This document shows positions 11,777-24,703 of a stretch of DNA of 64,000 bases, one piece after another (position 1 is the first letter of the stretch; the number at the start of each line of letters is the position of its first letter). The position numbers and the translations under genes were made by a program. Below the pieces are notes generated by a model. It was not told the origin of the DNA. It did no database searches and saw only the letters and a program-made list of their open reading frames with translations. Origin of the DNA: Azolla caroliniana. Taxonomy: Eukaryota > Plantae > Polypodiophyta. Location of the stretch: positions 15,252,001 to 15,316,000 of the forward strand of contig JBHGNT010000004.1 in NCBI GenBank assembly GCA_043228905.1. Direction: 5' to 3'.

Positions 11777-14043
11777 ACGGGTGCCGGAAATTCGTGGCGG
11801 CGCACATCGATGACTGCGAGAAGGTGCTGCAGAGGTTGGAGGGCGCGAGGCTCACCTTCTCCGGGGGAAAATCGACCTTTGGGCAATCCGAGATCATGGT
11901 CGTCGGACACCTATGCGGGTCGTACGGCCGGAAACCGTCTCCGGCTAAGGTAGAAGCCATCTCCGTGATGAAGGACGACTGTAGCTCGGTCTCGAAGGTT
12001 CGGAGGTTCTTGGGAGCGTGCGTGTTCTAGCACATTTGGATCCCGCATTACGCTCACGTCGCGGAGCCGTTATACGGGTTGCTGAAAAAGGGGCGAAATT
12101 TCGAGTGGAGAGACGAGCATACAGAGTCTGTCCGAAAGATGAAGGAAGCACTTGCCATAGCTCCGACGCTCCGAAAGGCTGTCTACGGAAAGGACACTCC
12201 AATTTACGTAACGATAGACACGAGTCCGACCGGGATCGGATGGGTCGTCAACCAAGAGGACGAGGACGACATGTGTTTCCCGATCCAGTTCGGCGCGAAG
12301 GTCCTTAGCGAGCGACAACGAGGATACGCCCAGGTTAAACGCGAGCTCTGGGGTATCGTTTCAGCGGTAAAGGCCGATAAAGACTACCTGATCGGGGCAG
12401 AGGTAATTATCGAGACGGACTGCCTACCAATTCTTGGCATGGTTTCCGGATGCGGGACGCCGAACCTGGCAATGCTCAGGTGGATAGCGTACATCAAGTC
12501 CCTGAATCCGGAAATACGACACATTTTTGGGAAAGACAATGCCATGGCCGACATGCTTTCAAGGGCGAGGTTCGAAAACGAGGGCGGCATGGTTTGGGAG
12601 GATGTGGAAGTCGACGTGGACTTCTTCAAGGCAGCTCACGTAACAACCGGTAGGGAATGCACTCCAACGCTTAATGATTTTGACGAGAGCAAGTACGACG
12701 GGGAGTGGCTACAGATCGGCGGGTTCCTGAAAACAATGACACCGGACGTGGCATGGACAACGGACGAGGCCAACCGGATTCGGAAGAAAGCCTACCGATT
12801 CTTTCTCCGGGACGGGTCCATATGGAAGCACCCAAAGAAGAGGAACGACATCCCGCTCCGAGTGGTGGCGAAGAAGGAGGAACAAGAGGATTTGCTGGCG
12901 GCGTACCACGATAGTCCTTGGGCTGGACACTGTGGAACGTGGGCCACGTTCGAAAAGCTAAAAGGGAAGTACTGGTGGCCGGGACTATACCGAGACGTGC
13001 ATCGGTTCGTGACGACTTGCGAAAGCTGCCAGGTCCACTCCATGATCCGACACCGGGACGAGCTCCACCCGACCTACCCTCCGACCATCCACTTCAAATG
13101 GATGGTGGATTTGGTGACGATGCCAATGGGGGAAGGACAGATGCGGTATCTGGTGCTGGCTCGGGAGGATCTAACAAACCAGGTTGAAGGCCGAGCCCTG
13201 CAGAACAAGACGACTGCAGTCGTATGCCGGTTTTTTATTGAGGACGTGGTATGCCGATACGGGTGCGTAGGGAAGATCGTGGCTGACCGTGGTGAGTTGG
13301 ACGTAGAAGAGGCCAAAGAGTTGTTCGACTGGCTAGGAGTCAAACTTTCGCTCACCACAGCGTACAATCCGGAGGCGAATGGGAAGGTGGAGCGCGGACA
13401 CGAGCCAATTGTCAAAGCGCTAGTACAGGCGTGCGGAGGCCAAGTCGGGAACTGGCCACGACTGCTACCTTATGCCTTGTGGGCGGACCGGACTACGCAC
13501 AGTTCGGTAACCGGGTTCATGCCGACCGAGTTTATGTTCGGACAAAAGCCGATCATGCCAACACAGCGAACGATCTCCTCGTGGGCCACGGTGGACTGGA
13601 GGGACGAGATGAGTCGGGAGGAACTGTTGGCGGCGCGGATTCGACAGCTCGAGCGGAGGCCGGAGGACGTAGAGCGTGCCGCAGAGAAACTTTGGGTAGC
13701 GAGGATAAGGAACAAAGCCTGGTTCGACCGAACACACCAGCTCCGGCCAAGGAAGATCGAGGAAGGCGACTGGGTGCTAGTCTATGACAACAGCCTCGAC
13801 AATCAGCATAGGGCCATGCGGAAGTTTGCGAGGAGGTGGTTCGGGCCTTACGTAGTAACAGGCGCCAACGGCAATGGGACGTACCATCTCGCGGAGCTCG
13901 ACGGTACGAGAATGGCGATACCGGTAGCGGGGAAGAGGATCAAAGCGTTCAAGAAACGACACGACAGTGAGCCGGAGCTAGGGGGCATGGACAGCAACGA
14001 CGAGCAGCCTGAGGCGGAGGATGAACCGGTAAATGAGGAATAA
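11777..14043 (+). pseudogene. pol: Element A pol: RT C-terminus, RNase H and integrase (654-aa open segment 12079-14043)
   Basis: VRRFLGAC, DTSPTGIG, KRELWGI, ETDC, HHCC zinc domain (HDSPWAGH...CESCQ), D-D-E core, WFGPY. Confidence 0.92.
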
Positions 14044-14119
14044 AAGCAAGGATCGGTTTTCCCCCGTAGGAACCCAATTTTGGCGCATACCGGTGGATGC
14101 GCGGTTAGGTGGGGGCGGA

Positions 14120-14691
14120 TGTCGTGAAGAAAACCGTCCCCAGGTGCAAACCGTGTATGGTGTGTGTGAACCGGCCCTTACACGTGGGCACGCCCCTTGT
14201 TGTATAGTGGATAGGTAGGCACAAAGGTCAAATCCTAGGTAGCAATATTCTATAGGGGAAATCGAGGAGTATCTCTGTCCGAAAGGACAGAGAATTAATG
14301 TGATGTAAACGGGTGAAACGACCTCCCTCCTTGAGCTATAAAAGAGAGGGAGACGGGGGAGAGAAGGTATCGCGCACTAGAGGGGACGAAGTGTTGTCGG
14401 ACTGGGACCGAGCTCTTCTTCTCTGTCGTTCTCCATAGCTTTCTTTTGCACAGGTTCTCAGGAGGCTGATCCTGCTCCGTGGAACGCCCGTGTGCTTCCG
14501 GCAGAATCTCCATCTTGCTCTCCTGTGTGCGTGGGTGATCAGGCGCCGACATCCATCTCGCCGACCTGGTCGGTTGTAACCGTTCGAGTCGTCTGCATAC
14601 CTTTATATACATACACCAGTGTTCTCAACTCGTGTCTCCTGTGTTGTTGGGCCGCGTCCCCGTGCACTTCTTTGTCTATACGTGAGTGAGC

Positions 14692-14740
<49 letters not shown>

Positions 14741-14814
14741 TTCTCACCTATTCCTCGGTCCAAGACCCCAGTGGTCCCGCCTTGTTCTCCACGCACGCGC
14801 GTAACAACGCGACA
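14120..14814 (+). repeat. 3' LTR of element A
   Basis: TGTCGTGAAG...AACAACGCGACA following the PPT; TATA-like CTATAAAAG at about 14336; (CT)n tract. Confidence 0.88.
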
Positions 14815-16872
14815 ACGTGGTGGTGTCGGGTCTCGTTGCGTGCGGGCTTCGTTTGGACTGTCACCCGTTGTGCTCCAATGCAACGTGGGGCTGTGCTCAT
14901 GGCCTCGACGGTGCATATGTGACGATGCTTCTAGGAGGTGAAGTTTTTGTTGCACTCGTGCAAATCTGTCTTTCCGTTTTGCCAAAGCGGCTTCGATATC
15001 TTGGGTGATGCTTTTGGGTTGTTTTGACCGGCAAAGACTTACAAGCCGGATAAATTCTAGAATGGGGAAGGGATATTTATTTTAGAATTAATCTATAATT
15101 ATTGAAGCGAACGGACGGACCCGGGATCGGTCTATTGATCCAGATCCGGACCGGTTCGTGGCCGGTTGCCGGTTGGCACCGGTTCGTACCCAGAACTAGT
15201 GACCTATAAAAGGACCTGGTCTATTTGTAATCAGATAGTGGTTTATTAATGAAAGTGTTGTTGTTCTACATCTGGTTTAATCCTTGAAGCTTAGTTAATT
15301 ACCATTCTGTGCTTACTATAATCTATCTTACGCGTTTATTACGATCATTAACCACATCGATTAGTAGCCAGTAAGGAATACGTTGTATCACGGTCTATGC
15401 CTACCCCATTTGCACCACCCTTTGGTGAAGTGTCCTAAGGGGCACCCTATGTTAGGGCTTGTCTGGCCCCAAGGAGTAACACAGTTTGTAGCGACCACGA
15501 TTCCTACTCAAGCGCAGTGAACAACGGGGGGCATGGATGACTAGACCAACAAACGACCCAGCAACGGAGCGAGTGCGATGACTCGCTAAACAACTACCGA
15601 AGCGCGAAGCGTACCACCAGGCAGCGGAAGAAATCCGTGCGGGAATATCATTTTCAAAGGTGATCCGGCGAGTGGCCGCTGAGTCACTCCGTGTGCAGCA
15701 AAATTCCCATCCAGACGAAGCAAGCAATTTAAGTAGTCTGAGAAAAACGAAATCCATCCTGCAGGCATTAGCAGCGGGAGAAGGCGATTCGGAACCATTT
15801 TCGGCGTTTGAATCAGATTTGGACAACGAGTACAATGCACATTCGAATTACCGCAGCAGTCACGACAGCCCGGACGGACTGGAGGACAAGGAATCAGATA
15901 ATATATTGACACCGGAACCGATGATAACAGAACTGGAAGCTTCAGGAAGGCACGAGGCGGATCAACCTTCGACACCGCCACGCGAGCCTCCGACGAGGAG
16001 GGAAGACCTTCAACACCGAAAAAAGGGGAGGAAGACCTCTGACACTGCCTCCAATAGAGGAGGAGGAGAGACGTCCGTCACAACCAGCTCGAGTTCCGAC
16101 ACCAGACGACGATATGCCGTTCCAATATCCCAAGTATCGGGATGATCCGGACGCGGAAGCTCATGTATATGCATTTCTACAAACATGGGAAGCAAACCAT
16201 GTGTCGCAATGGTTAACCGTCGCCGAAGCAGAACGTTCGAAGATTGCAGAGTTCGGCATGACTTTGGAAGGACCAGCCACGCGATGGCGCTTGATGCACC
16301 CTCCCGGCACCATAACTACGTTTGAGGACTTGAAAACTAGATTTTTAAAGTTCTTCCACAAGGAGGTGGATCAACGGGAGATGGTCGGCCTATTCTACAT
16401 TATACAGTAGGAACCTATGGAAACCATTCAACAATTTGTAATCCAGTTCCAACGGATGCACAACCAACTAAGTCGGGCACCACCGGAAGCAAAGGCTAAA
16501 GCAATATTCCTAGCAGCACTCCGGGAACCCCTGCGTACGATGTGTGCAATCATTGATTTCCGCACTAGCACGATCGACCAGGTCATAGATCGGGTCAGGC
16601 AGATGGAGAAAACAAGCTCGTGGCTAACAATGGGGGCACTCCAGCATACATTGCCGATAGAAGAAGACCTACGTTTTCGGCAAGCTGTACAATGTACGAC
16701 TTGTCTTAATGTCGGGCACTCTGCAATAGAATGTACCATGCGGTCACAATGCATGTGATGTCATTCTAGGTCGCACACAATGGACCGATGCGAATATAAC
16801 TTGCTGAACCGGCAAGCGGCACCGGTAACACAAATCGATACCCGCAGTGACCGGGAAGAGGAAGAAGAACGT
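14815..16872 (+). mobile_element. Element D: gypsy-type fragment (part of the 5' LTR to about 15481, leader, gag). Host of element A and of the E 5' junction
   Basis: TATA CTATAAAAG at about 15205, LTR-like end GTAACA at 15481 followed by a degenerate Arg-type PBS (GCGACCACG), and a gag ORF downstream. Confidence 0.6.
15660..16872 (+). pseudogene. gag: Element D gag (retrotrans_gag-like core plus two CCHC knuckles), disrupted
   Basis: FGMTLEGPATRW...TFEDLKTRFL; CTTCLNVGHSAIEC and CM*CHSRSHTMDRC. Confidence 0.75.
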
Positions 16873-17960
16873 TGTCGTGAAGTACGAAAGCTTCACATTA
16901 AAAGTCTACAATAAGATAAATACGTAACTAAAATAACATTTGATAATGTTTTATATATAAAGATAATATTAACAACACATATGATAATATTAGATATATA
17001 TGTAAAGAAAAATAATATATATATAGATAAATATATTATATTACGCGAACAAGAGAGGACTTGAACCAATAACCCCACCCTATTACTCTCAAATCTTACC
17101 ATTTACTCTATACTAGTAATATACATAAAATAAAGCATACTTTATATATACTTTATATTACATAAAGGATTTGCTTCATGATATAAAAATAAAGTTGTAT
17201 GTTGTATTCAATAGTATTTTAAGACTCGAACCCTTCCACAACCTCATACACCAAAGTCAACACACCCACCATTAGGCTAGGTCCTTTCTCTTTAAGATTA
17301 TATTTTCATGTTTATTGTTATTGCATATATTGTTTCATACATAAAAGCTCAAATGAGCGAGATGTTTATCATGCATCACATGCATGTCTTGTAGCCTCCA
17401 ATGCATCATATGCATGGGGGCACCTATTTAAATGGTGAAAGAGAAGATCAAAAGGAGAGATATGTATGAGATATCAATCAAATTATGTATTACATAAGAG
17501 ATACTATAAAAATAGATAAAGAAGGGAAGAAGTTTAACATAAAGGTGGAGCTCTAGCTTGGCGGTCGTGGTGGTCAACTCTCAACAAGAGGGAGGCGGTT
17601 CGAGCCTTATCTTCATCAAAATATTGAAGTGAAGATTGTAGTGGTCTACGATCAAGAAAGAGAAGGGCGATTACCTTGCAAGACAAAGTTCGGAGGTTCA
17701 ACAACGTGTAAAATAATTTTGTAACTCTTTCATGAAAATGATTATAAATTTCATACACTTTCTCATATATTATTTTATATCTTATCTTGTCTTATCTTAT
17801 ATTCCTTAAAAATCCTATTTTGTCATATCTTATTGATCTCTATTCACTCCATCTCTACTCTTTTGTCTCTTCCGTCCATAACCCCAGTGATTCCTTCCTC
17901 ACTTTCACGTTATCCTTTGTGTGCGCAATGCTACGCTTCTAGACGAGCCACGTCACGACA
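16873..17960 (+). repeat. 5' LTR of element E
   Basis: TGTCGTGAAGTACG...CACGACA; homologous to 23678-24703 with many indels. Confidence 0.92.
17050..17284 (-). promoter_or_regulatory. Two tandem tRNA-like A/B-box cassettes inside LTR E
   Basis: Minus strand: TAGCCTAATGG...GGTTCGAGTC (17279-17223) and TAGAGTAAATGG...GGTTCAAGTCC (17110-17057). Confidence 0.6.
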
Positions 17961-17965
17961 CAATC

Positions 17966-17983
17966 TGGTGAACCCGACGTGAA
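17966..17983 (+). promoter_or_regulatory. PBS tRNA-Trp (element E)
   Basis: TGGTGAACCCGACGTGAA. Confidence 0.9.
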
Positions 17984-18027
17984 ACGGGAAAGTAGAAGAG
18001 ACATCTAAAGTAAAGATCAACATCAAC

Positions 18028-20202
18028 ATGGCAAGTACGAGTACAATGGATCCGGTAATGTTGTTTATTGAAAATTTGAATCAAGATCGATTATTTCATG
18101 CCTTACGAGAAGTCCGAGAGAAGATTGGTATGTTTGATGGCACAAATATTTCGAAGTATGTGAATATATATTATGATGAAATGGAAATGTCTGGTATAAA
18201 TGATATCAATATGATAGCAAACTTTTATAAATTAGTGGAAATGGAATTAAGAGATAGAATTCGTGAAATACAAGCATTGCATAGTTTGGATTGGAATGCA
18301 TTCAAAGAAGCACTTGTGTCTAAATATGCTCGTGAGGATTTCTCTCGAGTTACTATGCGTTCATTTCATGAATGGATCTTAAAAGAAAATAAAGGGTTAT
18401 CTGTGGCTGACACAAAAAAAGAGTTTGATAGGATGTATGGACACTTAAAGCCAGAACAAAGAAATTCTTTGTCTTGGCAAAAGGTTGCTTTATTTTTGCA
18501 GGCAGTTGACAAGAGATATAGAAAAGAATTGGAATTCATGCTTGAAGTACCAAATACTGAGGATGGTATAACTGTAGATAGGAATGAGGTAACAAATGCT
18601 TGTAATAAATTTATGAAAAGAATGCAAAGGAATGGTGCAATGCTACAAATACCACATGTGGGAATCACAAATCGGCTTGAGCAAAACATCGAAGTTCAAA
18701 GACTTGGTCGAGAACCATCACACGAAATGGTCCATCAACCACGAGAAATGATCGAAACTAAGAGTGAGTCTTTGCTTGATGATTTAGTTCAAAGTATGAA
18801 AGATCTAACAATTAAAGTGGCAAAGCTTGAGAATGGTCAGACTTCGAGGTCAAGGGAACCATTTCGACCTCGATGCATGTGGTGTGATAGTCTCGAACAT
18901 CGATTACGTGATTGTGCGGAATATAAAGACATGGAAAATCGAGACTTGGTGTATTGGAAAAATCGTGACATTTATTTAACCGAAACTAGAAGTCCACTTA
19001 CAAGGAACATTGGTGATGGTGGTGTTAAGGTTAAATTTGAAGAAGTTGAAGCAAAGAAGGCTTCCGCAATGTACTACTCGGCAATGGCAGGAATGCGCCT
19101 CGATGACATGCCATCCCGATCAACATTCTGGAAGAAGGTTGTAAGTACCGCACAAAAGCAAAAGATGAATATGGAAGACCTTCGTGTTGCCGGAGATTTT
19201 GTAAGGAAAAACACTGGATGGGATGTTCCAGTAGATGCTATGACGGTCTATGCTCAGATAGTAGAACACCAAGAGCATGAGGTGATAGTGGAAGAAAAAA
19301 GGAAAAGGCCGGATGATGAGATTGGCTCAACAAAAAAGCATGAGACAAGAGACAACAAAAGAAAAGAGATGGACGCAAAGGTCGAAAAAGGTAAATCTGG
19401 TCCTTCATTCAAATTAATGTCTGATATTGAAAAGGATACAGATTTAAAGAAAGTTTTAGAAACAAGAATACTAGACAGTCGAGTAGAATTTACACTAAGA
19501 GAAGTGTTAGGTATTGCAAAAAAGGAATTTCATGATGAAATAATTCATATTGTGCGAAGAAAGAAGCAAGTAAATGAGCAGGTTAAAGAGACAAATCCAA
19601 AGGTGGCATATGAAGTGGTGGGCAACGAGTCAAACAATATCGTTGTTGACTCTCAACATGCATCAACCTCAATGATAAATTCAACAGATGTAAGAAGCCA
19701 TTACTCTCGCAAATGTTGGGCAAGAGCCACTACTGAGCATCATGTGAAGATTGGAAATGTTCCAGACCCCGTGATGGCACTTATTGATCATGGTTCTGAA
19801 ATAAATATAATGAGTGCTGATTTTTACAGGAAAGGTAGATGGCCAATTGATACTCAACATGGTTGGCGAGTAAAAGCCGCCACATCAGTCACGGAAGATT
19901 TATTTGGTGCATGCCCAAATGTAAAGGTTACTATTGGTGATATAGAGGTAGATCAACATTTCTTTGTGCAGGAAGGATCTACCTATCCAATAATCTTGGG
20001 GCAACCATACATTACAGCGGTACGAATGGAGACCAAAGTCCTTGACAATGGTTCTGCCTATGCAAAAATCCGTAGCCAAGATGGACGACGAACTGTACAA
20101 TTTATCAAAGTTCGCCCAAATCATGAGAGGAACCAGCAAGAGCTTCGTGATCATTCAATACCAAAAGACTGTGATGATTTTGATAATCAGGTTTTTGCCT
20201 AG
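18028..20202 (+). CDS. gag: Element E Gag-protease polyprotein (724 aa, intact frame)
   Basis: CMWCDSLEHRLRDC knuckle and aspartic protease LIDHGSEIN...IILGQPY. Confidence 0.88.
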   Translation: MASTSTMDPVMLFIENLNQDRLFHALREVREKIGMFDGTNISKYVNIYYDEMEMSGINDINMIANFYKLVEMELRDRIREIQALHSLDWNAFKEALVSKYAREDFSRVTMRSFHEWILKENKGLSVADTKKEFDRMYGHLKPEQRNSLSWQKVALFLQAVDKRYRKELEFMLEVPNTEDGITVDRNEVTNACNKFMKRMQRNGAMLQIPHVGITNRLEQNIEVQRLGREPSHEMVHQPREMIETKSESLLDDLVQSMKDLTIKVAKLENGQTSRSREPFRPRCMWCDSLEHRLRDCAEYKDMENRDLVYWKNRDIYLTETRSPLTRNIGDGGVKVKFEEVEAKKASAMYYSAMAGMRLDDMPSRSTFWKKVVSTAQKQKMNMEDLRVAGDFVRKNTGWDVPVDAMTVYAQIVEHQEHEVIVEEKRKRPDDEIGSTKKHETRDNKRKEMDAKVEKGKSGPSFKLMSDIEKDTDLKKVLETRILDSRVEFTLREVLGIAKKEFHDEIIHIVRRKKQVNEQVKETNPKVAYEVVGNESNNIVVDSQHASTSMINSTDVRSHYSRKCWARATTEHHVKIGNVPDPVMALIDHGSEINIMSADFYRKGRWPIDTQHGWRVKAATSVTEDLFGACPNVKVTIGDIEVDQHFFVQEGSTYPIILGQPYITAVRMETKVLDNGSAYAKIRSQDGRRTVQFIKVRPNHERNQQELRDHSIPKDCDDFDNQVFA

Positions 20203-23200
20203 GACTGTTGCGAGTGAGGGTTGCAATAGTTCCATTATTAAAAGACCCTCGTATAGGGCATTACAACATATGAATAAGTCATTTCATGTTTCTGAAAGTG
20301 GTGCTATATGTGTGACTAGGATGTATGAATGCAAGAGGAACTTGAAAAAGAATGTTAATCTGTTTTAGCAGGCATTGAAGGATAATGGAGTACTTGAAAT
20401 GGAAGAGCAGATTGAAAGTGTTATGGAAGAAATTTCTTTTGCAAATACTTTAGAAGAGTTAGAAATGTATTTGAAAGAAGATGATGAGGATGTTAGAAAG
20501 ATACATGTAAACTCAATTGATATGTATTATGAGATTGATAGGTATAATTGTAAATATGAAGAAGTAGAAAGTTTATGTAATACAAAATACAAAACAATAG
20601 ATAAAAAGGTCAAACCTATTGCAGTACCATTACCTATTGGTAGTGAAGAGAAGATGAAGGCAGCATCAATTGAGCCTATGCTTTGACCACTAGAGAAGAT
20701 TGGAGATCACTTCACTCCGGATACAATAAATAACTTAAGAGTCGGAGGGGGTGAATTTCATCTACAATCAGAGATCACGACTTTAAAAGACATGATCTTT
20801 AGGCGCATTCAAAGCCGAGGAGATTGGTTGTGTCAATCCAAAGGTGGTAACGCCAATGCTAATATTTACTATCCCTCATATTCCTTGGAATTTTAAACCT
20901 ATTGCAGTACCGAGAGCTCGATTACCTCAATTGTTGGAGCTGCTGAAGGATAAAGTCAAGATGAAGATTTTAGAGCCTTCAAATGCACCATACTCCAATA
21001 GATGGTTCACAGTTCCAAAGAAAGATGGTTCTCTAAGATTCTTTCAAGATCTACAACCAGTCAACAAAGTCACAATCCGAAATGCGGGAATCGGACCGAT
21101 CGTTGATGAATTTGCGGAAGCGTTTGCTGGAAGAGCGATTTACTCTGTGGGAGACCTATATTCAGGATACGACCAATTTCAACTAGCAATTGATAGTCGC
21201 AATATCACAACAATGAAAACACCAATTGGGTTGGTTCGAATGTGCACTCTACCTCAAGGGGCCACGAATTCGGTTGCTCATATGATGAATGCAATGAACA
21301 AAGTTCTACATGAATACATCCCAAAGGTAACTATGCCATTTTTAGATGATATTCCTATTAAGGGATACTTAGAAAGAGAGAAAGATGAGACTATGGTTGG
21401 AAATGGTTGCAGAAAGTTTGTGATGGATCACATTAATGACTGTGAAAGTATTTTAAATAAGCTTGAGCAGGTACATTTGACACTATGAGGAACAAAGCCT
21501 TGCTTTGGGCAAAACGAAGTTCTAATAGTTGGTCATATGTGTGGGTGGTATGGGAGGAAGCCTTCACTGATCAAAATTAACGCAATACAAAATATGAAGG
21601 ATATTTGGAGCTCGGTAACAGAGGTGAGAAGATTTTTGGGTGCATGTGTGTTTTATCATATTTGGTTACCACACTTTGCACATGTCTCAGATCCTCTCTA
21701 CCAACATTTAAGAAAAGGAAAGAAGTTTATTTGGACTGATGAACATACACAAGTTGTTCAACAGCTGAAAGAAGCATTACTGAAAGCACCATTTCTTTGT
21801 CAACCAGACTACAAAGGTGAAAGATCAATTATAGTAACACTTGATACTAGCCCAATCGGGATCGGTTGGGTTATCAACCAAGCAGATGAAGACCAACATA
21901 GATATGCTATCAGATTTGGAGCAAAGATATTAAATGAAAGACAAAGAAACTATGCACAAGTTAAACGAGAATTGTGGGGTTTGCTTACTGCATTAAAAAC
22001 AGATAGAGATTACTTGATCGGAGCAGATGTAGTGGTTGAAAGAGATTGTTTGCCACTCATCGGAATGATAGCAAGTTGCACCACACCAGATATTGCAATG
22101 CTTCGGTGGATTGCATACATTAGAACCATGAACCCTGAATACGGCATATAAAGGGCAAAGAGAACCCAGTCACAGATATGCTGTCAAGAGCAAGGTTCAT
22201 AAATGAAAGGGTGATGCAAGCTGAAGATAAGAATTGGGCAACTACAAGCCGTCAAGTTGCTCATCAAGTATCTATTAAGCCTCATGATGAGTTTAATGTA
22301 AGTATAATGTTCAAAAATGTGGAGTATGAATGTCAATGGTTAGAAATAGGAAATTTTCTAAAGACTCAAGAAGCCAACCCATCATGGTCGAAGAAACAAT
22401 TAAATGAATTTCGAAGACGAGCATTCAAGTTTTTTTTACATGAAGGGCATTTATGGAGGCGTCCAAAAGGGCCAACCGAAAATCCTCTTCGAGTCATTTG
22501 TAAGGATGACATTAAGAGAAAATTAATTAATGAATTCCATGATAGTTTTTGGGCAGGACATAGAGGCATATGGGTGACATTTATGAAGTTGAAAGAAAAG
22601 TATTGGTGGCCACATATATATAAAGATGTAACGAAATTTATGGAAACCTGTGAGGTTTGCCAGAGGTATTCAACTATCCGGTATCGAGATGAGCTAAAAC
22701 CAACATATTCATCATCAATGCATTATAAATGGATGGTCGATCTAGTGACAATGCCACTTGGGGAAGGTCAAATGCGATATTTAGTACTAGCAAGAGAAGA
22801 CCTTACAAACCAAGTAGAAGGAAGACCACTACGACAAAAAACAACTAGAGTTGTATGTAAATTTTTGTTGGAAGATGTAATATGTCGTTATGGGTGTGTT
22901 GGTAAAATAATTGCAGATAGAGGAGAACTCGACCCTGATGAAGCTAGAGAATTCTTCAGCCGAATAGGGGTCAAAGTATCACTTACAACTGCGTATAATC
23001 CAGGAGCCAATGGAAAGATTGAAAGAGGACATAGCCCAATAGTTAAGGCGATCGTGAAAAGCTGTAAAGGTAAAATAAGAGATTGGCCACGCATGCTACC
23101 TTATGCACTCTGGGCGGATCAAACAACTCATAGTTCGGTAACAGGATACATGCCAGCTGAATTGATACTTGAACAAAAGCCCATCATGCCGATAGAAGAA

Positions 23201-23637
23201 TCAATTATGTCATGGATATCTATTCCATGGAGAGAAGAGGTGAGCAGAGAAGAATTACTTGCTTTGCGAATTCAACAATTAGAGCGTCGACTTGAAGATA
23301 TAGAAATAGCAGGCCAACGATTGAAGGAGGCTCGACTGAAGAATAAAATTCGTTTTGATAAAACTCATAGAATTCGACCTAAGAAAATAGAAGAAGGAGA
23401 TTGGGTGCCGTGTATGATAGGAGTTAAGATAATCAACAGAGCATCATTCGCAAGTTCGCTGAAAGATGGTTTGGGCCTTATATAGTAAGAAAAGTATATG
23501 ATAACTTTACTTATAAGCTTAGTGAATTGGATGGGACACTAATCCTAAATGTGATAGCTGGAAAGAGGATAAAAGTATTTAAGAAAAGGTTTGAGCTTGA
23601 ACCTCCTCTAATAGATCAACATGAAGATGAAAGATAG
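20195..23637 (+). pseudogene. pol: Element E pol (RT-RNaseH-INT) with several stops and frameshifts
   Basis: Fragments 20375-20686, 20844-21488, 21537-22151 and 22178-23485 are homologous to A pol. Confidence 0.92.
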
Positions 23638-23677
23638 TGGCACATGCCGGAGGATGTGCAGGTCTAGAGGGGGTGGA

Positions 23678-24703
23678 TGTCATGAAGTACGAAAGCTTCA
23701 CATTAAATGTCTACAATAAGATAAATACGAAACTAAAATAAAATTTCATAATGATTTATATATAAAGATAATATTAACACATATGATAATATTATATATA
23801 TATGTAAAGAAAAATAATATATATATATATAAATATACAAGAGAGGACTTCAACCAATAACCCCACCCTATGACTTTCAAATATTACTAATAATATACTA
23901 ATAATATATATAAGATAAAGGATTTGCTTCATAAAAACAATGTTACATGTTGTACTCAATAACATTTGAGAGACTCGAATGTAAAAAACCCACAACCTCA
24001 TATACCAAAGTCAACACACCTACCATTAGGCTAGGTCCTTTCTTTTTAAAATTATATTTTCATGTTTATCCTTATGCCAATATTTTTCCATACATGAAAG
24101 CTCAAATGAGTGAGATGCCTATCATGCATCACATGTAATGCATGAACGCCAAATGGCGATCATGCATCACATGCATTTCATGCACTACATGCATGACTTG
24201 TACCCTCCAATGCATCATATGTATGGGGGCACCTATTTAAATGGTGAAAGAGAAGATCAAAGGGGGAGAAGTATGAGATATCAATAAAATATATATTACA
24301 TAAGAGATACCATAAAATAGAAAAAGAAGGGAAGAAGTTCAACATAAAGGTGGAGCTCAACAAAAGGGAGGCGGTTCGAGCCTTATCTTCATCAAAATAT
24401 TGAAGTGAAGATTGTTGTGGCCTACTATCAAGAAAGAGAAGAGTGATTATCTTGTGAGACCAAGTTCAAAGGATCAACGACGCTTACAACCACTTTTGTA
24501 ACTCTTTCATCAAATAATTATAAATCTCTTTTATTCCTTCAAATATCATTCAGTATCCTATCTTGTCATATCTTGTTGATCTCCATTTACTCTATCTCTA
24601 TTCTTTCGTCTCTTCTGTCCATAATCCCAATCATTCCTTCCTCACTTCCACAATATCTTTTGTCTACGCAACGCTACGCTTCTAGGCAAGCCACGCCACG
24701 ACA
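23678..24703 (+). repeat. 3' LTR of element E
   Basis: TGTCATGAAGTACG...CACGACA. Confidence 0.92.

Larger units (their letters stand above)
1..14814 (+). mobile_element. Element A: Ty3/gypsy LTR retrotransposon (non-chromovirus, Phygy/Selgy-like). Its 5' end is outside the window and it is interrupted by elements B and C
   Basis: Domain order gag-protease(LVDH.SEIN)-RT(PFLDD)-RNaseH-integrase(GPY, no chromodomain). Reading frames rejoin across the B and C insertions. PPT GGTGGGGGCGGA precedes a TG...CA LTR at 14120-14814. Confidence 0.93.
16873..24703 (+). mobile_element. Element E: full-length AT-rich Phygy/Selgy-like gypsy element with non-matching flanks (probable recombinant)
   Basis: LTRs 16873-17960 and 23678-24703, Trp PBS, gag-PR, RT-RH-INT, PPT GAGGGGGTGGA. 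Flanks ACGT and GTGT lie in different host elements. Confidence 0.93.

Noticed and set aside
14815-16872. ACGT at both ends of D read as a TSD for a separate insertion
   Set aside because: Each ACGT is the target of a different neighbouring element (A and E), and the segment lacks terminal repeats.
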